64,000 nucleotides of DNA from Caecitellus pseudoparvulus (Eukaryota > Protista > Bigyra: Bicosoecida), in contig CBFFRQ010000062.1 of NCBI GenBank assembly GCA_965644315.1, positions 310,001 through 374,000 of the forward strand, written 5' to 3'. Under the pieces are notes generated by a model, which searched no databases, was not told the DNA's origin, and worked only from the letters and a program-made list of their open reading frames with translations. A program made the translations under genes and the position numbers. Position 1 is the stretch's first letter; every line of letters starts with the position of its first letter. Shown here piece after piece: positions 12,401 through 26,300 of the stretch.

Positions 12401-15400
12401 CGATGTCAGAGTAGGAAAATGCACTCGACAGTGTCCCACTCAGCCCACCCGCAGTTTCCACCGATACGTCCAAGTTGACGCCACCTGTCGAGCTGGGCAC
12501 AGTGCACACCACCCGCGATGCCGACACGTAACGAGTCGCTGCGCAGGGGAACGTGCCCAAGGAAATGCTGAGTAGGTGCGCCGCCACCCTGCCAAAATTT
12601 GAGCCTGTCAGTTGAACCTCATCGCCCGCAAGTGCATCCGATGGCTGCACTTCCTCCACGACAGGTGCCTCGATGGGGCTGAACAAGTTGTTGCTCTGCG
12701 AGACTTGGTTGCCGACGATGACTTCCACGGAGCGGTCACTCGCGTCAAAGTCACCGGGAACTTGCGTGCAGTCGACTCGAGTAGAAGAGACCCTGGTGTA
12801 TGCAGGGCACTGTACACCTCCGATGGATACACCTGTGACATCCGCTGCAGTGTTGCCGAAGTCGCGCCCGAGTACAGTGAAATTGCCCGAGAAAGAAGGG
12901 CCGACGAAGCCGAATGCTGGCGTGATACTTTGCACAGTGGGACTGGCGTATGCAAACTTGCCCTGGCCAGTGGCTGGAGTAGACTGCCCCCCGACGTTCA
13001 CAACTACGGGGAGATCTGCCCCAACTCCGGGCGGTGTCGTCACCTTCAGCTGGGAGTCAGATATCCAGCTGACGCTGGGTGCTGGCACGCCCCCGATGGT
13101 GGCTGTGGGACCCGTGTCAGCCGTTCCAAAGTGCAGACCCTGCACAATCAAAACCTGCCCCCCCGTAAGATCTCCATTGAAGGAAGGCACGACAGTCAGC
13201 ACAGTTGGCGGTGAATATGAAAGCGCCCCTGCGAGGCTCGCAGTCCTTCCTGCAATTGCGACACTCACGGCAAGGGCCGCTCCGACTCCTGCTGGAACAC
13301 GACACGTTACTTGAGTATCACTCACCCAAATTGTGCTGGTGCAGTCAACTCCGCCTACTTTTGCGGCTGGCTTGGAGTCGAAAGTGCCGAAGTTTGCGCC
13401 CGCGATCGTCACGCTGGCACCCCCCGCAGCATCCACTGTGCTGGATGAGCTCTCAACCCTTGAAATAGTGTGCTTGGTGTATGACCAAAGCCCCCCGTTG
13501 GAGGCTTGGTCCCCGGGCTGACCCGATAATGGGCCAACGTTCACCAGAACGGTCAAACTGGCTCCAATGCCAGCCGGTGTAACGCAGGAGACTTCACCAG
13601 GAGCTACGAATGCAACACTGCCACATGCTGCCCCTGCGATGGAGACAGTGACTGGGAACTTGTTGAAATCACTCAAACTTGTCGGGAAGTTATTTCCCAC
13701 TAAGCGCACTGTAGTGCCGCCAAGTGCTGGCCCTTGCGCAGGCTGCACTTGCGTCACGACGGGTGCCCCGTAGGAAAGTGTCGCTGCTGAGCCCGCGCCA
13801 GCCGCAGATTGTCCAGACGCAAACGTCGCTTCAACTGGCAGTCCACTTCCTACCCCAGGTGGGGCAACACAGGTGATGATGTACACTCCGATGTCTCCAA
13901 CAGCAGGTGGTTGCGCAGGTGATGAAGTGTACGCAGTGTCACTGCAGGGGCTAGCACCTTGAATGCTGATGCTTGGGGGGGCGGACGTGTCCAGCGTGGC
14001 GCCGTATCTCGTATTCAGCTCAATCGTCACAATGAATCCCCCTGCAGTGGATGTGCCACCTTGGGCAACAGAGTTGATGACGATGTTGGGTACCGAGGCA
14101 GGCGAATACACTGCCAGCCAGGACGTGTCAACACTGGCGCCATCTTGAAGCCAGGGGAGACCTTGGGCATCGCCCAACGCGTACAGATTCGAGTTGAGCA
14201 CGACACACCGCGCACTGGTCCCCAGGTGTGGGTCCGGCCGTTGCATGGTAGAGAGCCAGCCTTGCACTCCAGCTGCCCCTTTCTCGACACGCTCAGACAA
14301 GCCATGGAGTTGCTGAAACAGCAAGCCACCGCAGGTCCGCAGGATGTTCGAGTTTCCGCCGAGCTTCGCGGACACGGTCGAGATGGGATCCACTTCACCC
14401 AAGGTCCACAGCTGAGAGTTTGGGTCGAAGCTGGCTGCACCGGCATTGACAACTGCCCGCGTTCCCGTGGCGGTGAAAGCAAAGCCCCCTGCGACCGTAA
14501 TCCTGCCGTCCGAAAAAACAGCCATGGGCATCAGACGCTTTTGTGACATTGCAGGCAAGGACGCCACTTGCACACCATCGCTCAGGCTGATGGTCAGGCG
14601 GTCAAGGGCGGTGCCAGTCGCACCAACGCAGCCAAGGAGCGTGTCGGGGCATTCTCGATCTCCTCCCACCAGGAACATCGTACCGCTTTGGACGACCGGT
14701 GTGGCGTATGAGCGCCCATACGGGAGGCTGTCCGCGAGTTCCACCCACGAAGCTGAAGAGGCGGGGGAAGGGCCGGCTGCGTCAAGAGCTAGAACCTCAA
14801 CGCTGGTGACGTGCTCCACCGACAACTGGCCAAACGAATCAGTAACGTACCGGAGCCCCCCCGCAACGAGAAGTGCAGGGCCCCCGTTGACATCCAGGAT
14901 GCCAGCTGCTGCAGCAAACCGAGGGGTGTTTAGAGCTGGGTAGCTTGAGCCGCTCCACACTTTGGCCTCGCTGTCAAACACTTGAACTGCGCTGGACGGC
15001 TGAGAGGTTCCAGCCGGAACACCACCGATGGCAACAACGGAGGAACCAACTGTCACGAGAGAAAAGTCTGTCATCGCGATTGGGGCACTTGCCAGGGTCG
15101 CCCAGGTGTCTCCGCCGCCCACGATGGTCCACCTCGCGACTTGGTGGCTGTTCGGACTTGGCAGGTCGCTGGTGGAGTTTGCTGCCGGGACATCGTAGCC
15201 TCCGTAGGAAAAGTAAATGGATGACGGGCCAACGTTCTGACTCCCAACGATGGGCACGACTGCATCAAATGATCGAGCCATGTCCATGTCCACGCCGCTC
15301 CAGGAAACCGGCAGGGGGAACGCAGGACTGCGCCCCCGACCCGAGGTGGAGGGGTACAGCGTGTATATGGCGGCACCATTGCCTGTATCAAACAAAACTC

Positions 15401-16637
15401 GAGGCTTTCCACTGTACCGACTTCCGATTTCGTGCCTTGCTGGCACATTGCTGCCTAGCGCGGCGACAGTATCCTCTCCACCAATGAGGAATGTCCCGAT
15501 GCTGGTGCTGGGCGTGGATGGCGCTACGTTCACGATCCACCGAGGCCGTACAAGGGAGGCTTGGGGAACCAAACCATCTTGCATGTCTGAGGTAGCCCCT
15601 TGGCTGCCGAGTAGAATGGTCACGCTGGAAACGGTGTCTGTGTCAGAGAACACAACCTCTGCGACGTACCGCTCGCACAGCACGAGGAGGTGCCCGTTGC
15701 TCGCCCAAGCCATGTCAACTGGCAAGTCAAAAACAACCAAAGATGCATCAAGGCCAGAGTATGCACCACCACTGGTCACTGCTGCCCCAACGAGAGTGCT
15801 CACACCGGTTGCTCTGCCATCGCCATCCAGATGCCACTTCCGCAAACGGCCTTCATCCATGAACAAAATGGAGCCGTTCACAGGCCGCGAATCCCAGAGC
15901 ATGACTGAGGGAGGCTTCACCAGTGTGCCTGTCCCAGAATCGTCTGGAAATAGGCCAAGGTACGGCTGGGAAGACTGCCACACGGTCTCACTTGCAAAGG
16001 TCCAGCAGGACGGTGACCCACAGCTTGTGTCTACGGGTGTGATGCGCCTGAGCCGAGCCTCAGTTGGGTAGTTCGAAACACCTGCACCGTCGATGTAGTT
16101 TGAATCCTGTGAAACGAGAAAAGGGCACATGAAGGCCGTGCAGGAGTAACTTGCCACGCATGTGGTCAGCACGCGGACGCACCGCGTCGACAACATACAC
16201 TGCGCACGTGTCGGTGGGCGCAGCGAGGCCATAAAAGTCCAGCCACTTCGAGCTGTCAGCATCCCCATCCTCAAGTCCGATTTCCCCACTCCTGCCGCCC
16301 ATCGTCACGACCTGGTGCGAGGATGATGCACCGGTCATGAGCCGCACTGCGTGGTGGCCAGTGTCCAAAACGGCCACCATCCCCTCGCACATGGCAGCCA
16401 TCTTGCGGGGGTTCTTGAAGCTTGCAGCTGAGGACTTGCCGTCAACAAAATCTCCAGTGTATCCTCGACTGGCGCTCCCAGCAGCGAGCCCAGCTGCCCA
16501 GTATTCTGCGAGAGGCACTGGTTGTGAGCTGCACGTCCACACATTCGCCAATTTCCGCAGCTCCACTACTCACCCGTCTGAGCCATGGTGGAGGCGCACA
16601 TGGCACATGCAAAAAGCATACCAAGGACAATTTTCAT
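9483..16637 (-). CDS. Large cell-surface multi-pass receptor-like protein (signal peptide, NHL-like and Kelch-like repeats, ~6 IPT/TIG domains, Cys-rich region, ~7-8 TM), ~2336 aa; join(16637..16574,16505..16183,16106..9483)
   Basis: Two phase-consistent introns: 16573-16506 (GTGAGT..CGCAG) and 16182-16107 (GTGCGT..CACAG). Signal peptide MKIVLGMLFACAMCASTMA. Repeated P-V..V.P..G...GG..V.I.G.NFG / C..P.GVG IPT units. Kelch-like IGG/VAGG/LVGG motifs. TM region with FGFLYAGYK..YYWE..RK, typical of protist GPCR-like/TRP-like C-terminal domains. Confidence 0.8.
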
Positions 16638-17319
16638 ATCACCTTGGGGTTGCGTGTGCTTCATGGCTGAGACCGTCAACGCTTCCCTCAAAACACGGCT
16701 GCGGCCGCAAGAGGCGTGCGACATGTAACCGCCTTGGGGCTGTGGAGGCCACCTCCACGCGCGCTTCCGAAAGGCTTGGGTGCAAAGAGAAGGCCGCATC
16801 TAGTGATGTGATGTCTGGGTTTGTTGTGGGTTGTTGTTGTTTACTCCTGACTCTTGAGTGCTCCCAGCCCTCTGCAGATTCGCCTGTCCAAGGCATCCCA
16901 CTGCACCATGAGACGCTCGGCGCAGCCCTGTACAAAGCTCAGCGAGGATCAGGGTGAAGGGAGTTCGAAATCGAACTCAAAGTCTTTGCGTGGTGGCTCT
17001 GTGCGCTGCTTCCTGCACAGCTGCGCGTGGAGAATCGAGTTGTGAGATATCCCATGCAGCTGCAAAAGTGCACTCCCAGCACATCTCCAGGGGCAAAATC
17101 CAGGAACCTCTCACAAAAGGGAAGGGGCGGTCAAAGTTGGGCGCACCTGCCACTCGCAGCCTTGCTACGCCTTTGAAGGGCTCACAGGCACGCCAACTGC
17201 GCGACGTTTCGTGCACGTTTCGGACCAGCGCAGTTGAGCGCCGCATTGGAAGCAGCGCCGCCGCTTTGTCGGGTTCAGATTGGCTCGGTGAATACCTTGT
17301 GCACTGAGTAGCTAACATA

Positions 17320-20300
17320 ATGGCGTCCACTGATTCTCTGCTGCGCTGTGTGGCGTCTGAAGAGCTTTTGCACAGCCTGCCACTGCCGCAAGCGACGGCA
17401 ACGCAAGCCACGGCGTCACAAGGCAGCGCCGTGAGCACACTGTGGCCCTGTGAAGACTCACAGAACCTGATTCTTGCGAGTACCATGGGGGGTCAGGGGC
17501 GAGGTGTCTCCGCGGATGTCCCAGACACTGTGCGCCAGCACCTCTCAGCAGCACAGGCGCAGTCCAGCTTCGCAAAGCTGGGCTGGCTGCTCACACAGGC
17601 GGCGCTTCCTTCCTCTGACAAACAAAGCCCCAGCTCTGCAGGCGCGAAGACCGCAGCGAGCGATGCGCATCCTCAGGGAACCTTGATTGGCATGTTGGCT
17701 GTGCCCCTGTCGCATGATGAGCAATTGCTTGCGCTGCAAATGATGTGCGTGGCGGTGCTGAGAAACGCTGGCGAAACGCCGTGCCTTCACTTCACACCCT
17801 CACTTCCACTTGCAGAGCTGCTCTCCAATCATCCCGGCCAGAGGGCTTGCAGACCCTGCAGTCGGCTGTGGATGTGCTTGTTGAGAAGCTCAGTGGGGTT
17901 GGAGCGCTTGGGCTCGGTGAGGGGGCTCTCCCAGCTCACATTCTGGCCGTGTTGGCTTGGTGCTTGGGAAACTACTGCCCCAGGGCCTGGAGTGTGTTGA
18001 CACGGGCCCTGCCACAGCCTCCAGATGATCTCACAGGATTTGGTTGGACTTGGTTGGCGCGAATGGCCGTGGCTGCCCCGGACGAGCAGCTGCTTTGCGA
18101 ACTGTGGCGTGTTGCCTTCGTGTCTTCGAACCCCAGGCATGGAGTGTTAGGGCCTGTGGCCATGGCGGGCACGGCAGTGGGCGAAAACCTCCGAGACCTA
18201 CTTCGCTTGCTTTGGATCGAGCTGCTGCGCCTCCGGCATACGCGAGATGGAAAGGTTCCCACTCAGCCTCTGCCAGTTTCCTCAAAGCCGGCCACAGCTC
18301 ACAGTGCGACCCCGCACACGTCACAAGGTGGAGCCAGCGGAGGGCCAGGCAACTATCCACCATCAGTTGCTGCGCTGGACATGTGGATGTGCCAGATTGA
18401 GCTGGCCCAGGTTTCCGCCAGGGAGCGAGAGTCGGCACACTCACCTGAGCCGGCGTTTTGCAGTGCTCTTCCCCCGACCGGCCGCAACCAAGAGCACCTC
18501 GTTGCTGTCGGTGCGGGCGGTGTTTTAGGGCTTGTGTGTGTGTCACTTCAATGTGAAGTTGGCACCAGTGGCGGTTCTAGCCCTGCCTGCAGCACACCGG
18601 GCATGACGATCCTGCCAGCTGGCGCTGCACTGCAGGCATCAGAAGAGGGCTTCGCCACTGGGTTGCACGCCATTCGCCACCTACACAGCGCCTTGTGTGG
18701 ACCTGTAAATGGCTGGCGACCACGTGCTGCAGCTCCTGCCATGACTGTCCAAACCTCCAAGCGGTTCTCCGCTGTCGTGCTGCCCCCAGTGCTGGACGCT
18801 TCCTTCGACGCACTGCATGGGCCTTCCTCTCCTGCCTTCATGGAAGCAGCCAGTGTGACGGAGGAACACTGCATTTCTCTGCAACCTCTCTTTTTTGGCC
18901 CTCGGTGCCTAGCGGTGCTGGCCTTGTGGGCGCGCAGCGATGGCTCCTGTCGATTCCGCTTGCTCAGCGTTGCCCCAGATTCGCTCAACCTTCAAAAGTG
19001 GGCCCCGCCCGTGGAAGTTGCGGATTTGTCTCCCCTTGATACGTCTCACGTGCCCGACCTGCCTGCACTACTTCAGGCGGCAACTGAGGCGGGTGTTGGC
19101 CTTGCGAGCGCCGTGCGCGTGACGGTGTTGCGTCGCACTGGAGAAGTTGACCCTGATAGGTTTGCCACACTCGCGTGTATTGTTCCGGGGGGAGTTCATG
19201 CGGAGGCCCCCTGTGTTTTTACGTACAGCGTGTCTTGGCGTGAGGGTGCTTCAGTTGCTGGTGAGCAGACCATCGCGTTGAGCATCTCGCCACAATCCGC
19301 AACACACCTCAGCACGGCCACGGCCAACCCTCAACTGGCCACCTCTGTTAGGGGAGAGCGAGTCCCCGCCCAGTGCGTTGACTCGGAGGGCCCCTGGCCT
19401 ACAAGCTTGCACCAACTGCAACCCGTGCCTGGCCACGTCTGGCACGAGGATGAAGCCCCTTCACTTTCGTTGGTAGCTTCTAGATCGGGCTTCATTCAAG
19501 GGCTTTGGTTGCCCGTCTCTGCACCCTGTGAAGTGACCTTGCACCGTCGCACACACGAGGGCCTGTGTCTGCTAGGACATGCGCGTTGCGAGGTCGGAGC
19601 CCCCTTGCACGCTCTCTCCCAGCACTCCTCTCCCCGGATTCACGCTGGAGATAACTTGGTGGTAAGGCTGGAAAACTGGGGCCCGCATGCATCCTGTCCT
19701 TTCCTTATGACTCCACACGAGCGGTCTGAGAGTCCAGTGTTGACGGAGAGTGATGCGATTTCTATCAGCTCCGAGGACTCAGAGCTTGCATTGCCCGGGA
19801 CTCTGCCCGCGTCGACACCTCGCGAAGGTGAGCGCGCTCCTGCACTTCTCGCAACTCCCCACATCTCCAACAGCTTCAGTGTTGAAGAAGACCAAGCATG
19901 TGGGCCCGCGCATTCTGCGAGTCGTGCTGCATTTGGCATTGTTTTGGTTCCGTGGCAAGCACCTTTGCATTCCCCTCATGAAGTGCCTTGCACTCTGAAT
20001 GCGACTTGGCTTCGGTCGGTGGTCCTTGACTCGGAACAAGGGCACTTGGTCTTGCGGAGCCCCGAAACAGGATGCACTTTTGTTTGTTCATTGCCGGGTG
20101 GTGTGCTGGAGCTCGGTGCCTCGATGCCTGGACCGAGCCACACTGCCTCAAGCGACTTCGCTGCTTTGGCTGTTGGCGCGGTTCGCTTGACAGACACCAA
20201 CCTCTTGTCTCTACGTCTCTCTATTCATCAGAACCGCAGAATGGCAGAGCCCTCCCAGTCCACCTCCCAACAGGCACTGGACGTACGCGCCTCGCTGTCA

Positions 20301-23300
20301 GGCTGGCTGCTTCCTGCTTCTTGTCAACCTGCCGAACTTCCCATGGTACAGCAGTTGCAGCAAGATACACTGGCATTGTTGTCGAGCGACAATTTCCCAG
20401 GCTGGCACTGCTCTATGTTGGTTCAGCCACTTGCAGAGGCGTTCCTGGCGGGGCATGCTGCAAGCCTTCCCCAGCTGCTGCAAGTGCTTCAAGCCAGCGC
20501 TGCTCCATCAAGTACCCCGCCAACAGCAGCTCTGCCCGCTTTGCTTGCCGTGTATGGCCGTGCAAAAGAGTTGTCTCTGAAACAGCAAGCCGCAGACCTA
20601 CTACAGGCGTCATGCAGCGAACTGTTTCAAGCCAGTCATTCTGCAAGTGCATCTCTCATTCTGTGCTCTTGCGGAAAGGCCCCTCGCCTTGCTGCACAAA
20701 CTGCTGTGGAGTCTGCTCTTCAAGCGATGCCTGATCGTTCGATTTGTGGGCTGTTTATGCGACGGTTCTCCACTGCAGAATCTTTAGCCGCCACGCTGGG
20801 GCACTCCTTGCGCGCCCCAGCTGGCCCCCTCGCTCATCGCGGCCAACGACTACTTGGCGTTGTCTTTTCCATCCTTAAAGCTGTTCGGCGCTGCGAAGAA
20901 GGTGGGAACCCGCCGCCCCCACCAGTGCCTGCAGTTCAACTTGCAGTACTCGACGGGGCCCTGCTCATGTCGGTACAGGCTCTTCTTGGAGGCAGAGCGG
21001 GTGGCTCAGCTCCTCCACCCCTGTGCAGCCAAGCTGCCTGTGCTATTGGTGGCTATATCTTACGTGGTGCTACAGCCGTCTTGCAGGCTTCAACACACCG
21101 GCAAGGACTGGGTGTAGAGGCACCGGACAACTCTTGGCTGCTGTCGGCCGCCCCCGTGGTGTTGTCTTGCTTGGGAACCATTGCAGAACACTTGCACGGC
21201 AAGCGGGCACTAGAACGTGCGCTATGCTGCACCTCTTCTTCGGTTCTACCACCGCGGCTATCCGCAGCCCTCCCACGCCAGCTCACTGATTGGTTCTCCC
21301 TGCTGGAGTCGTTCCTTCGAGTGTGTTCCAGTGCCAGCAGCAAGGCTGCAGCTGGGAAGGTCAGCACGCAGTGTAAATTGGACGTGCTTCCAGCATCACA
21401 AGCATCACTGAAACTGCGAGAAGCTGTCTTTGGGACCGATCCGCAACAAAGACTGTGTTCGGCGCCGTTGCTGCACACACTTGCATCTTCAGCTGCCATT
21501 CAACGAGGCTTGGAAGCTGCCGGGCTGTCCGCGGCTTGTGCCCGGCCCCAAGCCTCACGAGTGGCTTTGCCTGTCTCAAGCCCAACGGTGGACAAAGGCG
21601 CTTGGGGTCGATGCAAACGGTTCTGGGGCAGCGCGCTGGGCGCCATCGAGCACGGCCTGGGCTGCGTCGAGCATTATCGCGCCTCTGCGTCCTCAGCCTC
21701 GTTGTGGGCCTTCCCACACCGCCAAGAACTTGCTCAGGCGTTGGAGATGGGGTCCAGCGTGGCATGCACCCAGACCATCGTGGGGGATGCTGGCTCCGAT
21801 GATGGAGACGAGACACCAGGCGATGGCATGCACATCTTTTCCTTCGGTGAGCTTAAGGGGCATAATTCTGCGCGATCGTTGCTGCACTTGGACTTCAGTG
21901 CAGCACAGGTGCCCAACTTGGAACAGACGAGCGTTGTGGAAGTCATCATTTATCCGGGGTCAACCAACGTGCCTCAGTACTACTTGTCTCGCATCGCGTC
22001 AGACCATGGCTCAGCAGCCCGTGCAGTGCAAGACGCTGAGTCCATGCTGAGTTCAGATGGAGAGCGATCAGAAGCCTCTGTCGTGTCTAGTGATGGCAAT
22101 GAGAGCTCCGCGCGTGACGCAAGGTCTCCCACAGCAGGAGCGCCAACGGAATCATCTGCAACTGCGCGATTCTCCACACCTCCTATGCAGACGTTTGCAA
22201 CACCGTACGCCGATAACGCATTGACTGCTGGAGAGACTGCCGCGTCACCCTCCTCTCCCTCCATTGCGACGTGGAGTGGGGGCACTGATGCCCCGCTTGC
22301 TTCCCTGCACGCCAGTACCAATGGCTCCCGCCCCTCAACTGCCACTCCTGGCCCCCGGACTTCTGTGCATTCCCCACACTCTGGATCCTCCAGTCGTGCA
22401 GCCGGGTGGGCTCACTTTGATGCGAGGGGCAGCTTGCTGGACGATGACGATGATTTGCGAGATGCGCAGGGCGATTACTTGACGGTGAGCCCGACGGCGT
22501 CCCCTGCCGACCCTGCGCTGCCTTCCGATGACTCTGCTGGGCCTGCAATATCTGCGTTGCGGCCGGAGTTGGATGCACGATTCGGAACAGGTGTGCTGCC
22601 AAGCAAGGATCGGCTTGATTTTGTCGTTCGGCTCAAGATCTTCATCGGCCCTGGTGGGGTGAGTGTGCAAGGCGGCATGGTTCGGCCAGGTGCTGGAAGT
22701 GGCGTGGAGAGTTTCGCAGCATGCTCAGGCACCCACACACCCCAGCTGGTGGTCGATTTGCCCACGACATGCCCAGTCGTCATATTCAGGGGGCGGGGTA
22801 TGGAAAGTCGCTCGAAAGAAACACGTGTGGGGTTTCCCCTAGGCGTCTCGCTCTCATGTACAGTCTTGCCTGCCAGTGCTGGCCCACATCCTGCAACCCC
22901 CATGCCATGGTCCCTGCGTGCCATGCAGCAAGGAGCGCTTGCTTTGTGCATGCGGCTTCTGCAGCACCCCCAGTTTGGCCAGGGAGCTGCTGATGACGCG
23001 GGCAAAGCCAGCCGACTCGCCGCTCGCCAAGGAGCTTTCCGCGCTCGCCTTCGCAAGGTCTTCTTGGCCTGCACTGCCAGACACGACCCAGCAACCGTGT
23101 CGCCGAAAGTGCCTGCTTGCAGCACTGACACTGACCCAGGCATGTCACTCGTGTCACACTCTTCACACTTTTCTGTGGATGAGGGCTTCAAGGTGGGTGA
23201 GGACGAGCAGCTTCGCACCCCCCCTCGACACCGAGCAGCACCGCCTGCCTTGAGTGTACAGTTCACACCTGCAGCTATCAAGGGCGCCCCTGGTTCGGCA

Positions 23301-26300
23301 GCTGCCCCGTGGCTTTCTCCAATTCGGGGTGTTCTGGGAAATAGCATTGCGCCAGTGAACATGACGCCATTGTTGCTTGAGGATTCTGCCAAAGAAACTC
23401 CCCTCACAGACAGCGCCAGTTCCCCAGCGTCGCCAGTAAATCGGCCTGCATTCACAGCGCTGGGGTTCTTGACGGCGGCGAACTCAAGCATGTCCTCGGC
23501 AGACTCAAGCATGCAGGGACACGTCAGCAGTGAGAAAGCCAGCTTCAGTGACGCTGCTGGCTTCAACCCGCAAGATATTCCAGATTCCTTTCACACGGCG
23601 GCATCGGCATCACCAGCAGGTGAAAGCCGGGTACATGGGCGCACCCTTGGCGGTGGAAGCGCGGGAGGGCTGATGTCGGTAGGGAGTACCTCTGAGTGGC
23701 GGCCCACTACCTTGGGCGGGCCCGAGCAGGCTGCAGCTCCCCATGGAAGCCCAGCGCTGCAGCCCGATGAAGGTGGCGCTTCACCTTGGCTGCAGAAGCA
23801 CACACGCCCACTTGCCGCCCCACGCCAAGGGGTGTCTTGGTGGGCTGCCCATGAATTGTTCCGAGGCGGGTTTGAGTGGGATGAGTGGGAAGTCCCAGAG
23901 ACCGCTGCTGGGTTCCTTGACCGCGGTGAACTTGGCCGAGTGGAGCAAGCGCTATTTTCGGAGAGCTTGATTCGGCTCCGCCCCCACGAGGCAGCAAATG
24001 AAGCGCTGCTGCAGCTGGAGTGTGAGGGGCGCGCCAGTTGGTGTCGAGATGGCAAGCTGCCTCCAGCGTACGCTGCGCTACATAGCTCCCAAAGTGACTC
24101 CCCAGAAGGACCGACACCCATTGGATGGCTTGCGAGGTCTGAGGGTGTTGCACGAGCCCCCCTTTCTCCAGCGGGGTGGGCATTCTACCTGCAGTGCTGT
24201 GCGTACATTGCTGCTCCTCGTTCGCAACAGCGAGTACTGTGGGACACTGTGCATAACCCACAAGCCTGGGCCAGTGATTCTACCAGGCGAGCTCCCCTAA
24301 ACCCCGAAGCGTCGGCAGTTCATGAAGCAGAGCGTGCTGTGGTGTCGGCTTTGCTGAAGCACGCTGGGCTGCTACCCCTTGCCATGCAGCACTTCAAAGC
24401 TTGCCGCAAGTGGGAGAAACGCGGCGACGTGAGCCTCCCCCCACCTGATACCCCGCGTGAGTTACTGAGCGTGTGGACACGTGCACGACGACTACGCAGA
24501 TGGGCCCGGGACATTCGAAACAAGGCGCCACTTGATGCAAGGGTGTGTGGAAAGCTTTCCGATGGGGTTGTGAGACGAGCCCTTCTGCTTCTTGACACAG
24601 TGCCTGCTGGCAGACCTACCTCAGGGTCATGTTCGGTGCCAGAGGGCTCCCCAGCAGCCCCAGCCTTCCCTGCTTCCCCAGATTCGCTCTCACTGCGTTC
24701 GGCAACTCGGGCTGGGCTGGCAGCATCCCCTCAGCTCGCTGCCCGGGCTGAGAAGTGGAACAGCCGGCGGCCGTCTGCAGCACTGCCGCCGGCTGACCTG
24801 GCCAGTCCCCCACCTCCGCCCCTGGCAGAACCGCCAGTGCCGCTGCGTCAAGCATCCCCGCTGCGTTCCATGAGTGAGAGGAGCGGTGGTGCTGCCTCGC
24901 GAAGTGTACCAGACGCTCGCCCAAGTGCTGGACCAGCTGTTCGTGGGGATGTTGCCGAGCTACTCGAGTCCCCTCTTCTTTCCGCTGTCATCGTGTTCTG
25001 CACGAGCCACGGGCTGGACACTGACACGCTTGTTTTGACAGTTTCCACTGAGAAGTCGGCTACTTCGAGAGCGCGCACAACGCAAACTATGCTGCGCCAG
25101 CTACTGCAGTTAGCTGTCCTCCTCACAGACGATGCTGCGTCCGATGGCGTCTCAGTCCCATCAGCCCAAGATGGGATGCCCTACTTACAAGCACTTGCCT
25201 TGGCAGAGTCTGCGTGTGCAGGACTGGAAGATATGCCCGATGCATCAGCGCATTCCACCATGGCCTTGACTGTAGTGTCTGTCACTGCCCAAGCGCTTGT
25301 GGACCGGCTGCAACAGCGCATGCAGGACGCAACAGCTCCAAGATTCGCGCCTGAGCTGACGCTGCTTCCTCCCTTGTGGACAAGTGCACGGGCCGTCCTC
25401 TCTGCTTGCAAGGCTGCCCGGCCTGACCAACAAGCAAGTGTACACGTCCAAGGCGCCGTCCAAGCACTCTTGGGCACTTCTGCGCGCCTCGGCGAGCTTT
25501 TGGTGGAAAGCGGCGCCCCGCAGATCCCGAAGGCGCTGGGTGCACCTCTTCCATGTCCAGTGAAGCCAGTGAAACTGTTTGATATCTCCCCCCTGTGCGC
25601 CGCCGTGGCTACAGCTGGCATTCGCTCCGGGCGCCTTGTTTTGCTGTCCCCCCAGCACAAGCAGGCGTTTGCTCTTAACTCAAAACGCTTCAAGGGTCAC
25701 TTGCGCTCGGTTTTTCGCGAGGAGTTCGTGAGGGAGTGGACTGGTACTAGCCCCGCACCTTGGGAACCTTTGGGCAGTTTTAAGCTCAGTCGCCCAGCTT
25801 GGAGTGATGTCATTTCTTGGGATTTGCTATGCGAAGCGTACTTTACTGCTGCATCCGGATCAACGCGCTTGCATCCGAGCGTTCAAGCCCTGGTTGTTCA
25901 AGAGAGTGGCAGCATTGACTGCCTGCAGACGCTGAGCAAGAGGGCGTCTGCGGCTGCCTTGCGACACGCGGCAACCCATCACTCCCTCAACAGCAAGCGC
26001 AGCAGGTGCGAAGCGAGCTTGAAGCACCTCATGGGTGCAAGCTGGAAGGCCATCATTCCCCCCCACATGCACCTGCCGCCGCTTCCCGCAGTGGAGGCAT
26101 GGGCCCTTCCTTTACCGCATTCACTGTGGGCTGACCTCCGCCATGGGCTCCCGCCTGCCGCTGCTTGCTGGCACCAAGCGTCTTCGCACCTGCAAGACAG
26201 CCATCAGCCTGAAGCGGTGGACTGGGTTGACTCACCACCTTGCTCCTCGTTGCAATCTCTGGCACATGCTTCCTTCTCTGGCTCTTCATCCGTGCACTGG

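Noticed and set aside
17320-18000. Frameshift/pseudogene or recoding at ORF breaks (HECT 5' end, MFS, TBCD, PSMA4)
   Set aside because: Each break is resolved by a phase-consistent GT-AG intron.
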